DNA of 64,000 nucleotides from Catajapyx aquilonaris (Eukaryota): assembly GCA_000934665.2 (NCBI GenBank), contig JYFJ02000730.1, positions 1-64,000 of the forward strand. The letters run 5' to 3'. Positions 10,201 through 22,265 of this stretch are shown here, piece after piece. The notes below the pieces were generated by a model. That model did not search any database. It saw only the letters and a list, made by a program, of their open reading frames with translations, and had not been told where the DNA came from. Made by a program: the position numbers and the translations under genes. Each line of letters opens with the position of its first letter. Positions within the stretch are counted from its first letter, which is position 1.

Positions 10201-12122
10201 TCACATCCTAGTGTGGATCCGCATGTGATTCTGCAAACTCTGATTCCTAATAAACTTGGCTGCGCAGATCTCGCAGCGGAACTCTTTGTTTCCGACATGA
10301 ACATTGCGCTCGTGCTTGTTGAGATGCGACTTCTTCCGGAAGCGCGATGGGCACACATCGCACTTGAATGGCCTCTCATCCGTGTGCACCTTCTTGTGCC
10401 TCACGAGCGCACTTTTCGTTGGGAGAAACTTGTGGCACACATCACACTCGTACGTGTCATCTTCCACATGGATCGGCAGGTGGGCCAGCAAGGCGTCTTT
10501 CGATGCACACGACTGTCCGCAGATGGCACACTCAAAGGTCTTCTCCTTGGCATGTACTAGCTCATGGTCGGTCAGATCCGAACGTGTCGGGAAGCACTCT
10601 CCGCAGGACTCGCACTCGAAGAACGCATCCTGGATATGGGTGTGCATGTGGTCGTCCAGCGTTTCTTGAGTCTGGAACTCCTCTTCGCACACCTCACACT
10701 CCAGCCTCACATGGGCCTAGAGAGATTTATTATAAACAACAATTAATTTATAACCAGGTACTTCGAATGTCACTGTACAAATACCTGCATATGTTGCGCC
10801 AAGGCATCCCTGGTCAAAAAGGACTCGTGGCACTCATCGCATTCGTATTCCTCAACGTGCAGCTGGGAATGCATGGAGAGTTCCATCTGGGAAGGGAAGT
10901 TCTCCCCACATGTCACGCACTCAAACTTGTCGACGTGCATCTGTATGTGGTCGTTGAGGGCTATCTGGTTGGGCAGTGTGTCCCCGCAGGCTTCGCACAC
11001 AAAAGTAGTCTTGGCCCGCATCCTGATGGCGTCCAGAATCGAGAACTTTGTCAAGGGCTTCTGCTCCTCGTACACAGGCTCGTATCCATTCTCGTGGATC
11101 TGCGAGTGCTCTCGGAGGTACCTGACAAGAAAAATCATGTAAGAATAAGTCGGAAAATCCCAACCGCTGCTAGTAATGGCCAACTCGAAATCCCTCCGCA
11201 GATTCCTTCATACGTACCACTCGTCGGCGAAGGATTTCCCGCATATGCTACATTGGTATGGCTTGTCCGTGGCATGCTGGATGCGCTTATGCATGTCAAG
11301 AATGAGCTGGTGCTTGAACCCTGACCCACACACTGTGCACACAAAGTGTGACCTGTACCGATCAGAGTGGAAGCGCTTGTGAACCTCCAGGCCATGCTTG
11401 TCCGAAAACCGCTTCTGACAAATGTCGCACTCCAGTCCTGCCACCTCCTCGTGCGTCTTCATGTGCATGCGTAGTGCGTGCGGTGTTGAAAACTCAGTGT
11501 TGCACTTGGTGCACAGGGTTGGCGGCTTTAGAATCATCCGCATATGTGCACGCATGTGCATGACAAGTTGATCCCGGATTGCAAACCGCTTCTTGCACTG
11601 GCCGCATTGAAATGGCTTCCTGTGTGTCAGCAAGTGTTGGCGCATCCGGCCGTAGGTCACGCTGACCATCCTACACCTGCCGCACGGAAATGTGCCCAGA
11701 TGTCTCGACGTGTGAGCAGCAAGTTGAGCATGTTTTGCAAACTTCTTCCCACACTTGCATTCACAGCATACGTGTCTTTGGACATGTTTTTCCAGCCGAT
11801 CTTTGGTACCGCACTGTTTGCCGCACTCCCTACAGTCGTAACGATGCTTACGGCGAACATGTGCCACCCACTGTGACCTCCTGGCAAACTGCTCCCCACA
11901 CGACCTGCACTCCGGCTTCCTTCTGGCTCGTTTGGGGTTGCGTAAGGGTATCTCTGGAAGTTCCTTTGGTTCGACTTTAACATGGACTTGGAGTGTGTCC
12001 TGCACCAGTTGTCCCCTAGTACGTGGCCTCAAATTCTTGGGGGATGTGCTGGGTTTCTCCCATTCTGGGTTGTACGACGGATCAAAGGACTCATCGTCCA
12101 CCTCCTTCTTGATGGAGGCCAT
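10201..12122 (-). CDS. Poly-C2H2 zinc-finger protein, 3 coding exons (12122-11218, 11121-10785, 10716-10201)
   Basis: Tandem C-x2-C-x12-H-x3-H fingers with TDKPY/TDERPF linkers; GT-AG junctions join the three ORFs in frame (DEW|YLR, HMQ|AHV). Confidence 0.9.
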
Positions 12123-13073
12123 CTTCGGACCTGTAACACAATTAAAAGTGTCCAATTAACAGGATGATTAAATCGACACAAGAAATGTGTATTAGTCGGA
12201 GAAAGTTCATAAAGTTCACACAGTACGGAGAAATTAATTTTTTGAAACATTTGGTCTTTCGACACTAATGCAATTACAACTCTGGATTCGCTGGTTTATA
12301 CATTTACATGTGAACTTTATTTGCCACTTAAAAAAAAAAAGGCAAGTTATTGACTAAATTAATGACATATCCTGGCTAGATAAGCTGGAAGGTACTATAA
12401 AGTCTAATTTTGTTACATCAAGGACATAACTCGGATCACTCCAAGGTGAAAATCACTCATGTAACAATAGGCTTTTAAAAAATGATCGCAAGGTTACGTA
12501 TATGTTGCAAGCAAAAAATCCGGAATTCACAAGCGAAGACGCCACAAATGCAAGTGTAAAAATGAAATTCTTCGCAATGACATTTTCATTGAAGCTGGTT
12601 CAAAAAAATAAAAAAAACAATTGTGGCCAGAGTTGGTCTCTATAGTTTTACATCATTACCTCCTAAGATGAACGCAACAGCAAAATTCATGCAATAATGC
12701 CATTTGGCTAAAACATTCTGTGTCATCACGTGTCATATTTTATTCCCCTCATCTCACGCACTGCATTGTTCAGATTAATGGATTACACGCATAACAGGAT
12801 GTGCTCAACCGATTTACGAGGGCTTATCAGGAAATAGATTCCTGTTGCAAAGGGGATGTAGCAAGCCAATCACACTCGTTTACATGACAATCCACTGGCA
12901 TGAAGAGCAACATTTTCATGTTTCTTTTTCACTCGTTTTAAAATTACAGTAGAACCCCCCCAATTGTCCATCGGGACCAGGACAAGGTTGGAAAAAAAGG
13001 GGGGGGGTCAGATAATCCGAGTTGCAAAAACAAGAATGAAACACAACAAAAATAATATAAAAGCATGAAATAA

Positions 13074-13393
13074 TCTATATAATCTATATAAATGAAGCCG
13101 TTCGTTAGTCTGTCTGTCTCTCTGTGTCTGTCCGCCTGCCAACCGTCATTTGCCTGCCATCTGTGCTCCACCCCCAGGCCAGGAGAGGATGGAGGTGTTG
13201 GGGGTTGACTACAGATGGCAGGCAAATGACGGTAGCCGTTATGCAGGCGGGAGAGGTTGAAGGTGTTGGAGTAGCAGGACCACAGATGGCATCGATGGCC
13301 GGACACACAGAAAGACAGACACTTGACGGGGGTACTGGCAGATGTTTTGCCTTCATTCATTTCTTCCCGGGCAACGCCGGGTGCCGCAGCTAG
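13074..13393 (+). mobile_element. Non-autonomous Helitron
   Basis: A|TCTATATA start, GTCT/CTGT microsatellite, 3' hairpin CCCGGGCAACGCCGGG and CTAG|T end. Confidence 0.85.
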
Positions 13394-13657
13394 TGTACAA
13401 TATGATGATTTTCTAAGAAATACTGAAGTAGACTGTACTCCCGATTATGTGGGTGCGGATAATCCGGACATGGCTAAACCAAAGAAAAGTCCACAAAAAA
13501 ATATATATATTAATTTTTCTTGAAAACATCCATTTCCAAGAAGACAATGTTTAAAAATGTACCGAAATTTTTTCTAATTTTGATCAAGCCAAATACGGTA
13601 TGTACAGTTGTTCATTTAAAACCTGTCAGGAGTTCGTGCACTACCCGGATTATTATT

Positions 13658-13922
13658 TATTTATTTATTTTATTTATTTATCATACCCCGTGCTAGAGCC
13701 TTTGGCACCCTTAGGGGGGGTGGATTACCACCATTACCACCATTGGATGGGACCAGCAAGCGGCTGTGGCCTATTTTTATGGAAACGACCCTGGAATTGT
13801 CCTGGGGGAGACCATGGGAAACCACAGAAAACCACGGTCAAGATCGCCGGCCCCAGGATTCGAACCCAGGACCTCCCGATTAGCAGGCCGGCTCCTTATC
13901 CCCTACACCAACCTGCTTCGGT
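13658..13922 (-). mobile_element. tRNA-derived SINE
   Basis: Minus strand A box TGGTGTAGGGG, CTGCTAA loop, B box GGTTCGAATCC, (TAAA)n tail, TSD CCC(G/A)GATTATTATT (13644-13657 / 13923-13936). Confidence 0.85.
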
Positions 13923-13927
13923 CCCAG

Positions 13928-13968
<41 letters not shown>

Positions 13969-15185
13969 CAGGGTGTCCCTAAATGATTGTCAACATTTGA
14001 AAGTTGTTCAATTTCTATTAGTTGCGGTGTGCAATGACAAGAGTGACATAGAACGAAAGAGCACATTTGGGAGTTTTTATTGCACACACCACAAGACGTG
14101 CTCAATATGAGCACCTTTTGTCACACGACATGATAGTCCAATTCTCTACACAGGCCAGCATGTCTGGTGTGATTGATTCCACAGCAGCAACAATCCTGCG
14201 TTTCAACTCACACAGGCTGGTAGGTAGCAGTGGTATGAAGACCTGGCCCTTTACATATACCCCCAGAGGAAAAAGTCACATGGGGTGAGGTCGGGAGACC
14301 TTGGCGGCCACTGGAGAAAAACCAGATCTTGCTGACCGGCATGTCCGATCCTCCGATCCTTGCCCTTGCAAAGGCATCCCGTCGTCTGAAACTTCTGGAA
14401 CCACCGTTGAATTATTGTAGGGAGGGGCGTAACGTCGTCCGTACTGTTGCCGGAAGGCCCGCTGAACAGTAACTACCGAACCAAGCTTTGCAAACTGCAG
14501 GACACGGAACGTTTTCTGTTCGGGAGACACCATTTTGTGGAGTGGCCCTGTGTGCCTCGCGGCAAAGTGCGGAACCAACTTTTTTGTGTGCAATAAAAAC
14601 TCCCAAATGTGCTCTTTCATTCTATGTATCTCTTGTCATTGCACACCGCATCTAATAGAAGTTAAGCAACTTTCAAAAGTTGACAATCATTTAGGGCAGG
14701 GGTATTCAACTAGTTTCTGACAAGGTCCAGTATTTACCTTTCCTGGGCCATTGAAGGTCCGGACCCCATATGGTACCACAGGGTTCATATTCGAAAATAT
14801 AAACATGTGCAGCAAGGGTATAGAAGGGCCTATCAAGACAGGGGACATTTTCGCCCTTTATGATGGGTGTCCTGTACAGGGGCGTAGGCAGAAGAATTTC
14901 GGAGGGGGGCCCATTTCGTAAGCACAAGGTGAACAGGCAGTAAAGGCCGGGGAACGAGCCCGCCGCAGGTGGTATTTTTTGGGGGTTCAAGGTCACACGA
15001 GCTTATGTGAGATGTGGGATATTTGAATAGGTGTGTATTTGATGAAATTGGTAGCACATTTTCAAAAAAAAATCATGAATTAGTAATTTATCATGCTATT
15101 TCAAACTGTCCTGTATATTGTCGCGGTCCGGACAAAATTGCGTCGCGGTCTGCCAGTTGAATATCCGTGATTTAGGGACACCCTG
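13969..15185 (-). mobile_element. Internally deleted Tc1/mariner transposon
   Basis: TA|CAGGGTGTCCCTAAAT ... ATTTAGGGACACCCTG|TA with ~120-bp TIRs; transposase remnants MVSPEQKTFRVLQFAKLGSVVTVQRAFRQQ (HTH) and WPPRSPDLTPCDFFLWG. Confidence 0.9.
14697..15169. mobile_element. hAT-type MITE inserted in the right TIR of the mariner
   Basis: TIR CAGGGGTATTCAAC / GTTGAATATCCGTG and 8-bp TSD ATTTAGGG (14689-14696 / 15170-15177). Confidence 0.85.
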
Positions 15186-16103
15186 TATTTAAAACCTGTC
15201 AATAGCTCCCCTGCAGGCGCGGGGCCTTTATGGTCGGGTCGCCGAAACTCTGAGACACAGCTCCCCTGCAGGAGCATTATTAGAAAATGCAACATTTGCG
15301 CAGACTTTTACCCCGGCCATCAATGTCCTACCGAAACAATTCTCCCAAGTTATTAAATTTTGTAATTATTCTGTGTTTCCGCAATCTATTTGGCACTGCG
15401 CCATTCACTCAAGAGCTGGCACATTCTAATTTGTATTCTAGTGGGGGGTCAATCCATGGCCATTTTTGGACATCATTTTTTTTTTTTTTTTAAACTTAAT
15501 TTGGTGTTCTACTTTGTGGTGCTTTTCGAACACCAGGAAGTTCCTCCCTGTACTTGGAACATACCCGTCACCCGGGGCACACCCTTCCCCCCCAGATGCT
15601 AAGGGGCCGCCCAGGGGCCGCCCCCATTTTGTAAATTACCTGCCCTTGAGAAAGGCGAGGTCCTTCTCGTGTGTTCCAATCTAGGCCCAGCGAAAAATCC
15701 AACCAAACAACTGACGTCACCGGATAGCCATTTTGATTCCACCTGTTGCCCCCTCTTGGATTCAAAATGGCGGACAGACATGTCCTGTCATCTGGCGGCT
15801 GATCTGACAAGTAGTCATTTTATCGATACGGTAGTGACCAGTACTGTATTTGGCTGCGGATAGTTCGTTGAAGGGCTATAGTTGAAGGCAAGGGTACTTC
15901 AAATAATTTAAAAAAAAGGGCGCGGTTGGTATCCCTGATGGTCACATGTCAAATGATAGCAGCAGGTTTGCATACTGAACAATTAATTACAATATATCTG
16001 ACCGACATCGACATGTGAACAATTTTAATTTCAAACAGCGTACTTGTCTTTTTTTTTTGTGGAAAAAAAATACATTACATTACATGTTCATTCGTAGCTG
16101 ACA

Positions 16104-17347
16104 ATGGCAATGATGCGGCAGCTCTTTACCAGGTCGCCTTGGGTCATTGCGATGGTGCACGTTGGACCTCTTCCAGGTACGCAGCTACAATTGCAAGTAC
16201 ATGGTGCACTATATATTGCGGTTGCTTCCAGGATGCCCAGGGCCATCGAAGTCAATGCGACGTCTCATGAACGACGCGATGAGAGACACCGAGATATACC
16301 TGAAGAATGGAGTGGTTAGTTTAATTAGCATTTGTACATAAGGGGTCATAAAATGTGTTTGTAATTTCAAGGATGGCCTGCTGATTGAGAACATGCATGA
16401 CGTACCGTACGTGTTTCCTGAAGAGATGGGTCCGGAAATTCCTGCTACCATGTCCGTTTTGTGTTCGGCGGTGAAGAATATGGCGCAGGATGTCCCTTGC
16501 GGTGTTCAGGTAGGTTGCAAGTTAAAAGTTTACGAGTACCTACTGAAAAATGTACTTGCAGATTTTGGCAGGTGCTAACAAAGAAGCTATGGCCGTTGCA
16601 AGTGCAGCAGGGTTGCAGTTCATACGTGCTGAAGGGTATGTGTATGCACATGTAGCTGACGAAGGAATTATCAACGCATCAGCTGGACCGCTACTTCGGT
16701 ATAGGAAGAGCATAGGAGCAGAACATATCGCAATAATTGCGGACGTCAAGAAGAAGCACAGGTCAGCATTGTTACGACTGTATGGCTAACCGTTACGCTG
16801 ATGTACGTCTCTAGTTCTCACAGCATAACGAGTGATGTCGATGTGGTCGAAACTTCTCAAGCAGCCGAGTTCTTCAAGGCTGACGGGGTCATCCTCACAG
16901 GAACGAGCACCGGAGCAGAAGCGGATGTAGATGATCTCGCAGGTAAAGATCTGCCGCAAAAAAATATTCTTTCCTCGAAAGGGAGCAAAATCTTGATGGT
17001 GAAACTTACAGTATATTTTAATTTTAAAGCGATAAATTCAATGTGTGGTATGATGCGAAAAGTGCAACACTACTTTTTTCCCTGCAGCTTTGAAACGCAA
17101 CTTGAATATCCCTGTGCTCATAGGATCTGGAATCACCGTTAGCAACGTGGATAAATATAGTGCGGCCGATGGATTCATCATTGGGTCTCACTTCAAAATG
17201 AATGGACAGTATGTTGTGATACGTTTATCACGTAATAAAATGTGCATTACTTAAACCTAACTTATTTTCAGCTGGCCGCAACCTGTTGACGAAACGAGAG
17301 TGGCAACATTCATGAACAAACTTGTTCAAGAGAAAGTGAGATCATAA
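16104..17347 (+). CDS. BtpA/SgcQ-family TIM-barrel protein, 7 exons (16104-16176, 16232-16314, 16372-16509, 16562-16761, 16815-16942, 17088-17208, 17272-17347)
   Basis: Motifs VIAMVHVGPLPG, DGLLIENMHDVPY, FIRAEGYVYAHVADEG, ADVKKKHSSH, ADGVILTG, PVLIGSG; all introns GT-AG and in frame. Confidence 0.92.
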
Positions 17348-18452
17348 TGTAATCATTGTAACCAAATTTCATCCAGTGCTAATTGCAATGTATATTTTCC
17401 CAACAATTATAACAGAAATATATATATATAATATTTAGAGGGATATAATGAGGTCATGTTTAATTGCTTAATGAGAAAGTGCAATGGAAAGTGATGGCAC
17501 ATAAATTTTTTTTTACAAATAAGTAAATTTAAGATTCATATAAATTAATGCCACTTTGCTTTTGTCTATTTATTTGTAGAATTTGTTTTAAAAAATCCAG
17601 AAGAAGCTCTCATAAATTGCATATTGACCCTGTTGGCCATGAAAGCAACCTACAGTCATCCGTAGCATGTATCTCACGAGGTAGGCTAGGATTTCAATTC
17701 AAAGGCCACATGAATCGAACACGTGCAATGGTTTTGATAGTTACAAAGTACTTATAAATTTTATAAAAATAAGGAATGTGAAAGAACCAACGAATCTGAC
17801 CTAAAGTCACCAATTATTATTATTAAATTCTAAAGTAATGAAAATAATTTTTTCAGAAAAACCGCAAAAATAGTGCAGAAGTTTCACCTAATAGATCATA
17901 CCAAGTACCGTAATTTGATTGTGAATTTGATAGCGAAATAGAAGTCGATCCAAGTTTTCCTTTTTTAACATCTTCATATCCAGTCATCTGTATACATACT
18001 GTACTGTACAACCATCATTTAATAAATCCCCTGCTAAAATTGTGCTGCATCATATCAAATCTCTATCAATTGTGGGTTGCGCTTACAAGGTTTCGCATTA
18101 ATTAGTCATTATCCTGACACTACGAAAGGTAATTTGCTTCTACGAATGTTCTGAATGCCACCAGATTGTTATAGTAAAATAGTAATATATAATATGTATT
18201 ACTATATATTATGATGCAGCACAATTGAATAACTCGTTTGCAAAAACCCCGCTGACTTCGACGGTTTAGTAAACGAGCTCTTCAATTTTAACCGGATCTC
18301 CTAATTAATTGTACAGTCACTAGTAATTAGGTAAATCAACATTTCTCTTTAAATCCATCTCATGAGCTATTTCACCTAAAGATTCAACAACAATAATCCT
18401 TTGTAAGTTCAGGCAGTGAGCTTAAACTTGAGTCAAACTTGTTACACAAATT

Positions 18453-18947
18453 CTAGCTGTCACTGTCAGACGAGGATGAATCGTATCCATTACACTTGCA
18501 CATATGCTTGCGTAGGTTGTAGGCACTATCGAAAACCTCATCGCACGTATCACATTCATGTATGGTTCGTTTGGTAGCGCGTTTCTTCCTGTCCCGTAAC
18601 GACCGTCCGTTTGCGCCGCTCCTGCTTCCCCCTCTGGTCTCTCTGTCCTGTTCCGCTTCCGGCGCCTTCTCGCCGCTATTCGACACTTGGTCGTCTTGCG
18701 TGCCCGGAACACCCTCGGCTTTCGTCTTGGCCGTCTTCACCAACGAGATACTCAGGATCCGTCTCGACTTGACCCCTTCCATCCAGTGCTCGCTCTCATG
18801 CTTCTCCAACGTCTTCTTGTTGAAAGCGAACAGTCCGCATCGCCTGCAGTAGTAACTCTCCTTAGTGCAGTTCCTCTTGTGCATCCTCAATGCCATCTTG
18901 CTCTCGAACACTTCCCAGCAGGCCAGGCACAGTGATGTTCCAGACAT
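18453..18947 (-). CDS. Small zinc-finger protein, probable paralog of 7439-7852
   Basis: CLACWE...H...C, CRRCGLFA...H...H and CDTC...H..C fingers; upstream acceptor cttag near 18960. Confidence 0.75.
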   Translation of the reverse strand: MSGTSLCLACWEVFESKMALRMHKRNCTKESYYCRRCGLFAFNKKTLEKHESEHWMEGVKSRRILSISLVKTAKTKAEGVPGTQDDQVSNSGEKAPEAEQDRETRGGSRSGANGRSLRDRKKRATKRTIHECDTCDEVFDSAYNLRKHMCKCNGYDSSSSDSDS

Positions 18948-19630
18948 TTTTGTTCAATCCTAAGTAAGAAAAAAGAAGAAAAAAAAAAAACATGTAACAA
19001 TTAAAAGCAACAACAATGGGGCTCATTGTTGCAAAGTACGCAGCATCTGTGGCTGAAAGTGGCTTACAGGGTAGCTTGTATAGGTGCCTAATATACTCAC
19101 GGTTAATTAAGTGCAGCTAATTACTTGAACAATTCGAAAAAACTGGGCTTAAAAAAATATATAGAACACTGTTCCACGTCGGCCGCGTACGAAAAAATAT
19201 TCGGCCGCATCCGAAAACCGCGGTGACGTCATCGATCTAAAATTCTTAAAATGGGACCGCTTTTATTTTATTTTAATAATTTTACTGTTTACATTAATTT
19301 ACAGCTAGAAAAAAATAATCGAACTTTAGGTTGGCAGTTGACTTAATTAAAATTATGTAGATGAAGGCACTGCCAGGCACTGTAGGGTTATGACTAAAAT
19401 AATGTGAAATACAGTTAAAACATATTTAAATCCAACATTAGATACAGTTTTACATACATTACATACAGTTAGAAACAAAGTGTAAGTACACAGCGTATGA
19501 AAATAATTTGTTCCGGACGATTACACATTGTTAACATTTTTTGTTGTTGTTAAATGCAATCAGTACTAATTATTATTAATTATTCCATTGTTGTCATCTT
19601 GTAGCAGGCAGCTGTGTGCATATTTTTATT

Positions 19631-21278
19631 TTAGTTGCGCAGCGTAACCTGCACTGAAAATGGTTTGGGCGCAAGAGTAATGCCGTCGAGAGGCTTGTCG
19701 TCTGGAGGGTTTTGACCAGGAGGGACCGACAGGTTGAACTTTTGGATGACGGACGTGAAGAACAAGAAGGAGGTGGCACGGGCCAAGGCTTCGCCGGCGC
19801 ATGCTCTTTTACCTGAAACATTTAAAAATATATATTAGATGCGGAGCAGAACATATGCGAGAGGAACGCTCACCTGTTCCGAACGGCATGACCTGATCGT
19901 CCCTTACAAACTTTCCGTCCTTGATGAACCGCTCGGGTCTAAACACCTTGGGATCTCCCCAGTGGTCTTTATCCATATGCAATGACCACAGATTGATCAT
20001 TACAAATGCGTCCTTTGGAATCGTGGTTCCCATCACATCCGTGTCCTCAACAGCCCTGTGCGGAGGTGTAAAAGGAGCTATTGAACACAGGCGAAAGAGC
20101 TCCCAAATGGTAGCCTCCGTGTAAGGAAGGTCCACCCTGTCCTTCAGATCCGGTAGACGTGATCGTCCAACGACCTGGTCCAATTCAGCCTGAACCTTCT
20201 TTTGGACGTCCGGATGGCGGACAAGATGCAGGACGCTGAAGCCCAAGAAATTTGTGGTCGTCTCCGATCCAGCCATGAACATATCCATACAGAGTGCGGC
20301 CAATTGAGTTTCTGTCCGGGGATTGAAACAATGTATAGGCTGGACAAATCAAGAAATTATAATAAATACCTGTGAATGTTGATTGCGGCCCTGCGCTCCG
20401 CATTTCCTTGATGTATGTGTCCATAAAATCTCGCATTGAATTCTCATCGAACAACTCCTTATGCTGCTTGATCGTGCCCCGTATGAACTCTTCAAGTGCG
20501 GATCTAGTTTTAATCTCCTTGTCGTACCCGGATAAACTGGCAAACACCTTCCTCATCCTTGGAAAAGCACCCCAGAAGCCACCGATTGGACTGGCACTCC
20601 TAAAAAAATCTTGGATAAGATCCAGCATTTTCGTCAGCCCTTCGTCTCCATGCTGGTAGCGCTTTCCAGCCATCATGGCCCACAGGACATTGATAATGGA
20701 CACCCCAAACAGATCAGTGGCAACGAGCGGCTCCGAGTTCTTGTTCTCCATGTACTCTAGTAGCTCTGCAATTTCAGAGTGAATTGCCTCTTCCATTTGG
20801 CCTCGACCGAACCCAAAGTCTCTCAGATGCCACAGCGAGAAGCGACGCTGCTCTTTCCAAAAGTCGCCGTCGATGAACAGGATCCCAAACCGCTGGCTTA
20901 TGTCCGTCACGTTAAACTCAACAGTCGTAGGCCGTCCGTTGCACAGGTCGTTAGTCAGCACCTCCTTCACGGCCTGGTAACCATTGATCATTACAAGAGG
21001 TACGGTTCCGAAGTACACGCCGACTACAGGGCCGTACTTGTCGCTCAGATCAGTTATTTGCTCCTGCGGTGACTTTTCCTTCTTGCTTAAGAATGGGGCA
21101 TATCCAACAAGAGGTAATCCTCTCGGTCCTAAATTTTCAAAAGAAAGGTACGGTCAGCGTTGTCATAATGTCGTGTACAGCAAGTGCGATACGTACCTGG
21201 AGGAAAATTCTTATGCCTTTTGGTCATCTTAATGATGCAGAAAATTATAAAAACGGCTGCCAATATCCACGTGATCAT
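19631..21278 (-). CDS. Cytochrome P450, CYP2 clan (CYP15/303/305-like), 4 coding exons (21278-21197, 21128-20370, 20311-19874, 19812-19631)
   Basis: N-terminal anchor and PPGPRGLP, WKEQRRF, AGSETT (I-helix), ELFR (ExxR), PERF, heme motif FGTGKRACAG across the last intron. Confidence 0.95.
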
Positions 21279-21427
21279 ATTGTTGGTGGTGAATAATTAA
21301 CCTGCAATTATATTGAATAAAATGTAATAAGCAGTACAGTACTTACACACTTATCTAATGAAATTCAGCACAACCTTGGTGGATTATCTGTAATGATATA
21401 ACATGTACACAATGACTGTGGATTATC

Positions 21428-21545
21428 TGGCAAGATAGTGCAAATAATGACATCATCTCTTTTTTGCCGGTTTTTTTTGCACAAGCTTGTGCAAAAAAAA
21501 ACCGCCAAAAATAGAGATGATGTCATATTTGCAGTATCTTGCCGG
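21428..21545. repeat. Near-perfect ~118-bp palindrome (MITE-like)
   Basis: Arms GGCAAGATAGTGCAAAT..GACATCATCTCT / AGAGATGATGTC..TTTGCAGTATCTTGCC centred on AAGCTT at ~21484. Confidence 0.8.
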
Positions 21546-22265
21546 AGTACTTGTTGCTAATTATTTTAATGTACCGGTAAACATTGGCTACGACGAATGT
21601 TGCATTTTAAAAGTGTTGGCATGAGATTCCCTGAGTACAAAAAAATTCAAAAAAAACGCGAATTATTTTTTTCGCGAATAAAATTTTCAGGCAATGGAAT
21701 GCGGCCCGAATTTGACTTCAGCGGCCGCTCGAATGCGCCCAAGATGGCCGCCTTTTTGATTTTCCGCTAATTTCTTTTTTAGATTCTAATCGATTTTTTT
21801 TAATGGCACAGTTTGCAGATCAGCGTGATTTAATCACCTGGATGGACAGAGGATAATCTGTTTAATTAGGTGGATGCAAAAATTAATGGCGTGGTTGCCG
21901 TTGAAGGTAAGTTGTTTGGTGCGATTTGTTGGGTCATATTTGCAATAATTTGTCATGTGTCGGAAACGCCTTTATAAATGGCTCCATTTATTTTAAATAA
22001 ATATAACAAATGTGATTATCTTCACATCATTTCCGTATGGAAATGTATAGTTGATAATAATTACTGATTGGCGCACCATGGCGGAAGAGAATAAATAATA
22101 TAAACAAAACAAGTTTGCTGTAAGCAAAATCCATAGAAACTTGTTTTTAGTTGAAGGCTCATTGGAATGAATGGGGAATGGAATGAAGTGTCATAATTAG
22201 TTTCATTACATCACAACTTTTCAGATTAATAACTTACACGTTTTGTCGTCACATCAGCCGCAACC

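Noticed and set aside
10368..11324. 318-aa plus-strand ORF and similar antisense ORFs over the golgin, P450 and IR
   Set aside because: Shadow frames of real minus-strand genes; no motifs.
16104..17347. Bacterial contamination or recent HGT of btpA
   Set aside because: Six spliceosomal introns and host-like flanks.
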